Of a DNA stretch of 64,000 nucleotides, positions 38,694 to 46,710 are shown in pieces. The stretch spans positions 1,655 through 65,654 of the forward strand of contig SABC01000006.1 in the NCBI GenBank assembly GCA_009929175.1, in the 5' to 3' direction. A program made the position numbers and the translations under genes. This stretch comes from Bacteroidia bacterium. Lineage in GTDB: Bacteria; Bacteroidota; Bacteroidia; Bacteroidales; UBA932. Each line of letters begins with the position of its first letter. Position 1 is the stretch's first letter. The notes under the pieces were generated by a model. The model did not search any database. It was not told the origin of the DNA and saw only the letters and a list, made by a program, of their open reading frames with translations.

Positions 38694-40106
38694 CTATCGG
38701 AGGGGCTTTACAAGGGAGAAGTAAAAACCACCCTCACCCAAATGGTTGACTGAATATTCGGCAGAGAGTGTAATGTCATAATAAGCTGCAACGTCCAGTC
38801 CTAAACCGTAATTTTTTAACAAAGTGTTGGACAGGGTATTGGAAGATGAGTAATACTTGTTATGGACATATGCAATATCTCCGAAAAGTTTACCGTAGAT
38901 GGCCAGATGGACTTTGTTGAACTTAGGAAGGAATGACAGGAACTTCAAATGAAAACGGGTTTCGGGCACGATCCTGTATTTGATTTCGGGAGAGGCAACA
39001 ACGTAGTTTTGCCCTTCAAAGGCGTACCTTCTGTACCCTCTTAGCTGGTTTTCGTCAAACCCTATGACTCGGTTGAAAACATGCCCTTTCACATTGGTTG
39101 AGGAGATTGCCCCGTGTACTCTTGCAGATGCAAAGAATCCTCCTGCCAATGGACAAAAAGTCTGTAAGTCCCCGGATACTTTTTTATGGATGACATCCCT
39201 GCGGTTGGAAGTGTAACCGGTTATCCCGGAGCTAAGGTAGAGACCCCTTAACGGGTATGGGATATTGTCTCTTTTATCAAAGACAAAATTGTAAATGAAA
39301 GAGTAAGCTCTTCGATTAGTTTGGTCATTCCCCCAATAGTCCGGGTTTTGTTTTAGGATGACGGGGTCAATTTCGGTGTAGCTGAAATCAAGGGTAAGAT
39401 TGTGACGTAGGTGGAGCCCCTGCCGGAATGTGTATTTTAAAGTTGTTGAATAGCTGCTTTTGAGGAATGACGAATCGGATTTTATGTGAAACGGGAGGTC
39501 CGAAATAAGTGAGATGTTTTCTACCCTGGTATAGGCTCTTTTAAATGTTATGTCAAGCAGATGTTTGCCTTTTTTGTCAAGATAAATATTCGAATATTCA
39601 AAGAAAAAACCCTTGTTGAACCCGGTTGTAAGGACAGCCCTCAATGTTTGGTTTCTGCCTGCAATATTGTTTATCTTGAGCCCTCCCACTATTGTCACAT
39701 AGCTCCAGTCCGGTTTTTTAATCCAGGTTCCAAAGTCCTGATCTTCCAGAATAATCCCTACCATGGGCCAATAGTACCAACGTTCCTCGACCTGTATCAC
39801 AATCTCGGTATTCCCGTACTTTTCTGATGGGTCCAATCTTTCTGTATTGTTGTATACCAAAACCAAATTGAAAAGCGAAAGGTTCCTGATGTTGTTACGC
39901 CCTTCGATGAGTAACCGGGGAAGATCGGATGCGCGGACTACATCTCCCCTTTTGAACGGAAGCTCCCTGATTATTATTTCTTCCCTGGTCCTTTTGTTCC
40001 CGGATATTTTGATTTCAGAAATGAACATATATTCCTGGGATTTTAATTCGGAGGAGAGAAATATAAGGGTTGCCAGGAAAAAAAATGTAGTCATCCGGTT
40101 TTTCAT
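38694..40106 (-). CDS. Omp85/BamA-TamA-like outer membrane protein with a single POTRA domain
   Basis: Signal peptide; I.ISGNKRT.E.II.REL POTRA start, N.AGRNQ and LRGY loop motif, C-terminal beta strands. ATG 40106 chosen. Confidence 0.75.
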   Translation of the reverse strand: MKNRMTTFFFLATLIFLSSELKSQEYMFISEIKISGNKRTREEIIIRELPFKRGDVVRASDLPRLLIEGRNNIRNLSLFNLVLVYNNTERLDPSEKYGNTEIVIQVEERWYYWPMVGIILEDQDFGTWIKKPDWSYVTIVGGLKINNIAGRNQTLRAVLTTGFNKGFFFEYSNIYLDKKGKHLLDITFKRAYTRVENISLISDLPFHIKSDSSFLKSSYSTTLKYTFRQGLHLRHNLTLDFSYTEIDPVILKQNPDYWGNDQTNRRAYSFIYNFVFDKRDNIPYPLRGLYLSSGITGYTSNRRDVIHKKVSGDLQTFCPLAGGFFASARVHGAISSTNVKGHVFNRVIGFDENQLRGYRRYAFEGQNYVVASPEIKYRIVPETRFHLKFLSFLPKFNKVHLAIYGKLFGDIAYVHNKYYSSSNTLSNTLLKNYGLGLDVAAYYDITLSAEYSVNHLGEGGFYFSLVKPLR

Positions 40107-40176
40107 GTGCAAATATAGCCAAAATCCACTTTTTTTGAGTTAATATCTTGATTAAATGAAAAAAAATGGTTTATTG

Positions 40177-40209
40177 TTTGCATAAATCAATAAAATAGTA
40201 GTATTTTTG
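40177..40209 (+). promoter_or_regulatory. Promoter for HU gene
   Basis: TTTG-N21-TATTTTTG. Confidence 0.65.
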
Positions 40210-40249
40210 TTCGTCCAAAAAAAAGACTAACCCTTTAATTTTTATTATC

Positions 40250-40537
40250 ATGACAAAAGCGGATATCGTAAATGAGGTTGCAAAAGCAACTGGAATGGAA
40301 AAAATTGCTGTACAAAACGTAATCGAAAGTTTTATGGACAGCGTGAAAGATTCTCTTTCAAAAGATAAAAATGTTTACCTTCGCGGCTTCGGTAGTTTTA
40401 TTGTAAAGAAGCGTGCCAAAAAAACTGCGAGAAATATCTCAAAGAATACCACCCTGGTTATTCCCGAGCACTTCATACCTGCTTTCAAACCGGCTAAAGT
40501 ATTCATGACCAAAGTTAAAAACAACGTTAAAAAATAG
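40250..40537 (+). CDS. hup: HU family DNA-binding protein
   Basis: MTKADIV, VYLRGFGSF, ARNISKN and PAFKPAK. Confidence 0.95.
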   Translation: MTKADIVNEVAKATGMEKIAVQNVIESFMDSVKDSLSKDKNVYLRGFGSFIVKKRAKKTARNISKNTTLVIPEHFIPAFKPAKVFMTKVKNNVKK

Positions 40538-40564
40538 TAACCATTATTTAATAAATTTTTAATT

Positions 40565-40657
40565 ATGCCTTGCGGAAAGAAAAGGAAAAGACACAAAATG
40601 GCAACTCATAAACGCAAAAAACGTTTGCGTAAAAACAGACACAAAAAGAAAAAATAG
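40565..40657 (+). CDS. 30-aa basic protein, 30S ribosomal protein bS22 (AURKAIP1/COX24-like)
   Basis: Manual translation MPCGKKRKRHKMATHKRKKRLRKNRHKKKK*; below the ORF track length cutoff; matches the Bacteroidetes bS22 pattern. Confidence 0.88.
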   Translation: MPCGKKRKRHKMATHKRKKRLRKNRHKKKK

Positions 40658-40684
40658 TTGCACATTTGTTCTTCAATGTATGAT

Positions 40685-40723
40685 AATCTAAAGCAAGTCG
40701 GGAGATTTGCTTTAGATTCTTTT
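40685..40723 (+). terminator. Hairpin/terminator between bS22 and RNase E/G
   Basis: AATCTAAAGCAAGTC-GGGA-GATTTGCTTTAGATT (15-bp stem, one G-T) followed by CTTTT. Confidence 0.65.
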
Positions 40724-40737
40724 ATTTAGTGACGTAG

Positions 40738-42291
40738 ATGGATAAAGATCTGATTATTGATGTAAGTTCTACGGAGGTATCTATTGCTCTTATGGAAAAC
40801 CATAGGCTCATTGAGCTTAACAAAGAGCAAAACAATGGTAGTTATTCGGTCGGAGATGTATATCTCGGTAAGGTTAAGCGTATTATGCCTGCCCTTAATG
40901 CTGCATTTGTTGATATCGGAGACGAAAAGGACGCTTTCATTCATTATCTGGATCTCGGATTATCCTTTAAAGCCCTGGACTATTTTGTAAGACATATTGG
41001 CCAGAACAAAAAATCTTACAAGGATTTTTTTTCAACTGTAAGATTAGGTGATATTCTGGAAAAAGAGGGCAAAATAGCCGATGTTCTAAAAACCGGTCAG
41101 CACATTATTGCACAAATAGTAAAGGAGCCTATTTCTACAAAAGGCTCGAGGCTGACTGCAGAGATTTCAATTGCCGGGAGAAACATGGTTTTGATTCCTT
41201 TCTCCGACAAAGTGAGTATTTCACAAAAAATTATTTCCAAAGAAGAAAAGAAGAGGCTGGAAAGACTTGTCTATAGTATCCTTCCTCCCAACTACGGCGT
41301 CATCATCAGGACGGCAGCCGAGGGAAAAAAGGCAGCGGTGTTAGATGGGGAGCTCAGGTCTCTTATAAAAAAATGGGAAGATTCATGGGCCTCCATAGCA
41401 AAGCCCAATCCACCCCAACTTCTTTTTACCGAAAACAGCAGGACCACAACAATCCTCAGGGATCTTTTAAATGACTCGTTCTCCAATATTTATATTAATG
41501 ATGAGAGCGTAACAAGTGAAGTAAAAGATTACATTTCTGTAATTGCTCCCGAACAAGAGAAGATTGTCAAGTTATACAAAGGAAATGAACCCATATTTGA
41601 TCATTTTGATGTGTCAAAACAGATCAGGGGAGCTTTTGGTAAAGTGGTACCGATAAGACAGGGTGCGTATCTGGTTATAGAACATACAGAGGCACTCCAC
41701 GTGATAGATGTAAACAGCGGAATAAGGGCAAAATCCGGGATAGATCAGGAGCAAAATGCTTTTGATGTGAATATGAGTGCTGCCGATGAGGTGGCAAGAC
41801 AGCTTCGTCTCAGGGATATGGGCGGTATAATAGTAGTTGACTATATCGATATGGATAGCAACGAAAACAGGGTCAAACTATTCAAGCATATGCAAAGCTT
41901 GATGGAAAAAGACAGGGCCAAGCATAATATTTTGCCGATTACAAAATTCGGCTTGATGCAAATAACCCGTCAAAGAGTAAGACCCGCCACCGAAATCAAC
42001 ACCAGTGAGGTGTGTCCTTCGTGTAAAGGAACTGGCAAAGTTTCGTCTACAATAATTGTAGATGAGACCATAGAAAGGGAATTGGCGTACTATGTAAAGG
42101 AAAAAGGTTATAAAGATTTGATAATGAAGGTCAATCCGGTTCTGGAAGCATACCTTACAAAAGGGCTTATCAGCATACTGAGAAAATGGAACTTCAAATA
42201 TAAAAGCAAAATAAAGCTCCTCTCATCCACAGATAACTCACTTCTTGAAGTTATTTGGCTTGACAAGAACCTGGAGAGACTGGACAGCTAA
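40738..42291 (+). CDS. rng: Ribonuclease E/G family
   Basis: S1 domain VGDVYLGKV..LNAAFVDIG, KEPISTKG.RLT, IDVNSG, RQLRLRDMGGIIVVDYIDM and CPSC.G.G. Confidence 0.94.
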   Translation: MDKDLIIDVSSTEVSIALMENHRLIELNKEQNNGSYSVGDVYLGKVKRIMPALNAAFVDIGDEKDAFIHYLDLGLSFKALDYFVRHIGQNKKSYKDFFSTVRLGDILEKEGKIADVLKTGQHIIAQIVKEPISTKGSRLTAEISIAGRNMVLIPFSDKVSISQKIISKEEKKRLERLVYSILPPNYGVIIRTAAEGKKAAVLDGELRSLIKKWEDSWASIAKPNPPQLLFTENSRTTTILRDLLNDSFSNIYINDESVTSEVKDYISVIAPEQEKIVKLYKGNEPIFDHFDVSKQIRGAFGKVVPIRQGAYLVIEHTEALHVIDVNSGIRAKSGIDQEQNAFDVNMSAADEVARQLRLRDMGGIIVVDYIDMDSNENRVKLFKHMQSLMEKDRAKHNILPITKFGLMQITRQRVRPATEINTSEVCPSCKGTGKVSSTIIVDETIERELAYYVKEKGYKDLIMKVNPVLEAYLTKGLISILRKWNFKYKSKIKLLSSTDNSLLEVIWLDKNLERLDS

Positions 42292-43505
42292 CGAGCTTTG
42301 TTGCAAATAACCAATTTTCTTTGCCCCGATTCCAATGTACACGCAAAGATTGTAACATCGCCACCTTCTTCTATCCCGAGCCTTTTTCGAAGTTGCTCCG
42401 GTGAAAGCAAGAAGTTACGGGTGGATATGTTTGCTTTAGGAACTCTTTTTTTGAGGTTGCGGATATTTGACTTGTCAAAATCGGCAACCTCTTTTATTAT
42501 GAATGTTCGTCCTGGAAAATCTTCGCTCATAATTTTTGAAATGTACAGATGTGTGTGTCTGGCAATCTTTTCGAGACCATATGCCTGTGACAGGGATTTG
42601 AATGCACCTGCCTTCAACAATGCAGCATCTGGTTCATAAAGGTATCCATGGTCAAGTTGGCTGCAATAGGTAACAACGGTGTTCTCTTCCTGGAAAAAGG
42701 TAAAATCAAAGATTTTTTTACCAACATCCCCTTTGAACATGACGGCTCGTATAATTATTTGCTCTTGAGGGATATTACATCCAGTCTCCAAATGAAGCAA
42801 CAACTCCTTGCATTCGTTGCCTACAGAAACAACTTCTGCCATGCTTATGTTTTCACACTCCCTTATGATTGCTTTGATATCTTCCATTGGTGATATCTTG
42901 ACCAATATGTGGTTGGTAAACTTAAAAAGTTCCTCTTTGATCTTCAGGAAATCGGGTTCATACTGAGCCAAACCAATAATCCTGTTGCCATCCTTTCGTC
43001 TTGAAGGATCTAAATAGACCTTGACAGGTGTTGTGTGGTTTTCTTTTATTGTTGAAAGCAGTTCAGATACTTTTCCTGGCACTGTTGCTTGGTTTAGAAC
43101 GGTAATGTTGTCTGCTCCCAGGATGGAAAAATTGTGTTTTGCTGCTTTACACAGCTCTGGTGAAATCTCGGTATAATATACGTGTTCGTTTGACCTTGAG
43201 AAAAAGTAGGAGTCTACACCTTGTCCTCCTGTAAGATCTACAACCACAGAGTTGGAAAATATTTGTGACTTGTATAGGGCTGTGATGGCAGAGCTGCTTT
43301 GTTCCGTCGAGATTACGCTTGGGAAGACAAGACCTTTGGTCAAAGACCATTCGGGATTCTTGAACTTCATTTTTTGCCTTGAGATGATTGTAGAAACAGC
43401 CAGCCTGATATCCAATGCCGGGTTTTTATTTGTTGAAAACAGCAATCTTTGTGGTTCATCTCCGGAGTGCTCTTCTATATAGTCTAGCAAATCTTTTGAG
43501 TACAT
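42288..43505 (-). CDS. Class I SAM-dependent methyltransferase with C-terminal THUMP-like domain
   Basis: EQSSS..TA.YK, DLTGGQGVD SAM motif, YLDPSRR, KISPM.D, ECKEL and YEPD.ALLKAG. Confidence 0.82.
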   Translation of the reverse strand: MYSKDLLDYIEEHSGDEPQRLLFSTNKNPALDIRLAVSTIISRQKMKFKNPEWSLTKGLVFPSVISTEQSSSAITALYKSQIFSNSVVVDLTGGQGVDSYFFSRSNEHVYYTEISPELCKAAKHNFSILGADNITVLNQATVPGKVSELLSTIKENHTTPVKVYLDPSRRKDGNRIIGLAQYEPDFLKIKEELFKFTNHILVKISPMEDIKAIIRECENISMAEVVSVGNECKELLLHLETGCNIPQEQIIIRAVMFKGDVGKKIFDFTFFQEENTVVTYCSQLDHGYLYEPDAALLKAGAFKSLSQAYGLEKIARHTHLYISKIMSEDFPGRTFIIKEVADFDKSNIRNLKKRVPKANISTRNFLLSPEQLRKRLGIEEGGDVTIFACTLESGQRKLVICNKAR

Positions 43506-43515
43506 AATTCGACTT

Positions 43516-44868
43516 TTAAGGAGTGCCGTTCAATATAAGCCGGCGCGACAATATATGGAACCTGTACAAGAAAAGAACGGCAGCAAAGGCCAGGCCCGAG
43601 AGCAGTCCTATCCATACTCCAATGGCTCCCATTTCAAACACAAAACCAAACAAGTAGCCTAGAGGCAGGCAAACCAGGTAATAGGAAATTACCGATTGAA
43701 CCAAGGGGACCTTGACGTCGGCTAAGGCCCTCAAACATGCAAGGCTGGCAAGTTGTGTAGCGTCAAAAATCTGGAAGAGGGCAGAAATGATAAGCAGGCC
43801 GGCTGCCATCTCCCTTACCATTGGGTCTTGGGTGTAAATTGCCGGGATATAATTCCGGAAAACAATATATGCCAAGCCACAAATAGCCATTAAAACCACA
43901 CTCAGGTGAATTGAGGCAAAACCTGCAATCCTCATGGATTTATAATCACCAAAACCATATTGGTGGGAGACCCTTATTGTTGCCGCAGCTCCCACTCCCA
44001 ATGCAAGCATGAAGGAGAAGCTGCTCATGCTCATTGCTACCTGATGGGATGCCAACGATACCTCGCCCAGCCAACCAACCATAATGGCACTTAAACTAAA
44101 AGCCGTTATCTCGACAACATTCTGGAAAGAGAGAGGAATTGAGGTTTTGAGTACTTTGTACATCAACTCTTTATTAATGAACGGAGCTTTGAAAAGCTTT
44201 ATATATTTTTTGTAACACTCCAGTTTGATGAACAATAAGGAGAAAAGCAGCAGCATTATAATCCTGCTGATGAGAGTGGCTGTGGCTGCACCACTGACAC
44301 CCATAGGTTCGAATCCGAATTTTCCGTATATCAAGGTCCAATTGAGGAGTATGTTGGTGAAATTTGCGAACAGGGTGATGTACATTGCATATTTTGTAAT
44401 TCCTATACCTTCCGAAAACTGTCTCATCCCGAAAAAGAGCAGGAACGGAATAAGAGAGAACAGCAGTATGTTATAATAATCTTGTCCGTATTTAACCACT
44501 TGTTCGGTCTGACCCATCTGCCCCATGAATTTGCCTGCAAAATACATGGCACAAGTAAGGAAAATGGCTGTTATTGTGTTTAAAATTATAGAGTTTTGGA
44601 GCAATGATGCTGCTTTGCCATGCTCGCCTCTGCCGTAACTTTGCCCAACATGCGGCGTCAAACCCTGGGTAAACCCTATTCCGAAAACCATTCCCAGAAT
44701 GAATATGGAATTTGCAAATGAGACCGAAGCAAGTTGGGCAGTGCCAAGGTGCCCGACCATAATATTGTCGGCCAACTGAACTGTAACCTGTCCTGCCTGG
44801 GTGAGCATCACAGGTATTGCCATAGCCAGGTTCCTTTTGTAGAAAGGAATATACTCTTTTATATTCAT
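43516..44868 (-). CDS. MATE family efflux transporter
   Basis: LAMAIPV..Q, DNIMVGHLG, G..GAA.AT, IRVS and FQIFD; about 12 TM. Start moved to ATG 44868. Confidence 0.92.
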   Translation of the reverse strand: MNIKEYIPFYKRNLAMAIPVMLTQAGQVTVQLADNIMVGHLGTAQLASVSFANSIFILGMVFGIGFTQGLTPHVGQSYGRGEHGKAASLLQNSIILNTITAIFLTCAMYFAGKFMGQMGQTEQVVKYGQDYYNILLFSLIPFLLFFGMRQFSEGIGITKYAMYITLFANFTNILLNWTLIYGKFGFEPMGVSGAATATLISRIIMLLLFSLLFIKLECYKKYIKLFKAPFINKELMYKVLKTSIPLSFQNVVEITAFSLSAIMVGWLGEVSLASHQVAMSMSSFSFMLALGVGAAATIRVSHQYGFGDYKSMRIAGFASIHLSVVLMAICGLAYIVFRNYIPAIYTQDPMVREMAAGLLIISALFQIFDATQLASLACLRALADVKVPLVQSVISYYLVCLPLGYLFGFVFEMGAIGVWIGLLSGLAFAAVLFLYRFHILSRRLILNGTP

Positions 44869-44960
44869 TTTGCAAATATACTGCTCTTTAGCGTAATTCC
44901 ACACTATGTCAATCATTGGCTTTTTTTATTTAACTTTACGGTTATTAAAATAAGTGTATT

Positions 44961-46700
44961 ATGTCTTTATCATACATGGAAAGAGCTAATTCATGGCTCT
45001 CCGGAGGTTATGACCTCGAAACAAGGGAAGAGGTATCGCGATTGATTTCTAAAAACGGGAAGGAGCTTGAAGAGGCTTTTTACAAGAACCTTGAGTTTGG
45101 CACCGGAGGTTTGAGGGGAATCATGGGGGTTGGTACCAACAGGGTCAACCGGTACACGGTAGGTATGGCTACACAGGGGTTTGCCAATTATATGAAGGAG
45201 TCATTTCCGGGAAAAGAAGGGATGTCTGTAGCCATCGCGTATGACAACAGGAACAAAAGCCGCTATTTTGCAGAGATTACCGCCGGTGTCTTTTCGGCAA
45301 ACGGATTCATTGTTTATCTTTTCGAAGACCTCAGACCCACTCCGGAACTTAGCTTTGCTATCCGCCATTACCACTGTTGTGGAGGGGTAATGATAACAGC
45401 ATCCCATAATCCAAAGGAATACAACGGATACAAGGTTTACTGGGAAGATGGGGCTCAGGTGACTGCTCCCCATGATAAAAACATAATAGCACATGTCAAC
45501 AGGATTGCAGACCCTTCTATGGTGAGTTTTGACGGAGATCCTGCCAAAATCAAGATGATAGGAAGGGAGACCGATGAGGAGTACCTAAAAGCAATTCTTT
45601 CATTGACCCTTATTGATAATCTGAAATCCACACCCAGTGATCTGAAGATTGTTTACACCCCCTTGCATGGAACAGGAGTCCGTGTAGTGCCCGAAGCATT
45701 GAGAAGGGCCGGGTTCAACCTGATATTCAATGTGCCGGAACAAGATGTCAATGATGGGGATTTCCCTGCTGTTGCCTCCCCGAACCCCGAGGAAAAGGTT
45801 GCTCTGCAAATGGCAATCAAAAAGGCAAACGAGGTTGGTGCCGACTTGGTGATGGCAACAGACCCGGATGCCGACAGGCTCGGAATTGCCGTAAGGAACG
45901 ACCTGGGGGAGATAATCCTTTTGAACGGCAACCAGATGGCTTCATTGCTGACCTTTTACCTTTTGGAAAAACAACATACGGCAGGTATTTTAAAGGGTGG
46001 TAAGAATGGAGATTACATGGTCAAGACAATTGTAACTACTGACCTTATCAAAGCTATATGCGACCATTACGGAGTTGAGCTGTTCAATGTATTGACCGGG
46101 TTCAAGTTTATAGCAGAGGTAGTGAGGAGGCTTGAGGGAAAACGCCGGTTCATTGGTGGAGGAGAAGAGAGCTACGGATTCAATGCAGGTGAATTTGTAA
46201 GGGATAAGGATGCCGTTTTGACATGTTGCCTTGTGGCAGAGGCGGCGGAATGGAGTAAGCAACAAGGTAAGACCCTTTACGAGTTGCTGGTTGATATCTA
46301 CGTCAAATTCGGCTTATACAAGGAGCACCTGGTATCATTGACCAAAAAAGGAAAAGATGGGCTGGAACAGATTGAGTCAATTATGCGTAAGTTCAGGGAA
46401 ACTCCCCCCGAAAGCATTGATGGAAACCGGGTTGTTATGATACATGATTATCTGTTGCAGGAGAGTGTAGACACCATCAGTGATTTACGCTACCAGATAA
46501 ACCTCCCTAAATCCAATGTACTACAATACATAACTGCCGACAATACCATTGTGTCTGTAAGGCCGTCCGGGACAGAGCCCAAGATCAAATTTTATTTTGG
46601 GGTAAAAGCAGGCCTGGATTCAAAAGAGAAATTTGACTCTACTGATTCTCTTTTAATGGAAAAGATTTTAAGGATAGCAGATCAGTTTACCAAGTTTTAA
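44961..46700 (+). CDS. pgm: Phosphoglucomutase/phosphomannomutase
   Basis: LEFGTGGLRG, TASHNP (phospho-Ser), DPDADR, EESYG and RPSGTEPK. Confidence 0.93.
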   Translation: MSLSYMERANSWLSGGYDLETREEVSRLISKNGKELEEAFYKNLEFGTGGLRGIMGVGTNRVNRYTVGMATQGFANYMKESFPGKEGMSVAIAYDNRNKSRYFAEITAGVFSANGFIVYLFEDLRPTPELSFAIRHYHCCGGVMITASHNPKEYNGYKVYWEDGAQVTAPHDKNIIAHVNRIADPSMVSFDGDPAKIKMIGRETDEEYLKAILSLTLIDNLKSTPSDLKIVYTPLHGTGVRVVPEALRRAGFNLIFNVPEQDVNDGDFPAVASPNPEEKVALQMAIKKANEVGADLVMATDPDADRLGIAVRNDLGEIILLNGNQMASLLTFYLLEKQHTAGILKGGKNGDYMVKTIVTTDLIKAICDHYGVELFNVLTGFKFIAEVVRRLEGKRRFIGGGEESYGFNAGEFVRDKDAVLTCCLVAEAAEWSKQQGKTLYELLVDIYVKFGLYKEHLVSLTKKGKDGLEQIESIMRKFRETPPESIDGNRVVMIHDYLLQESVDTISDLRYQINLPKSNVLQYITADNTIVSVRPSGTEPKIKFYFGVKAGLDSKEKFDSTDSLLMEKILRIADQFTKF

Positions 46701-46710
46701 CAAATTTACA

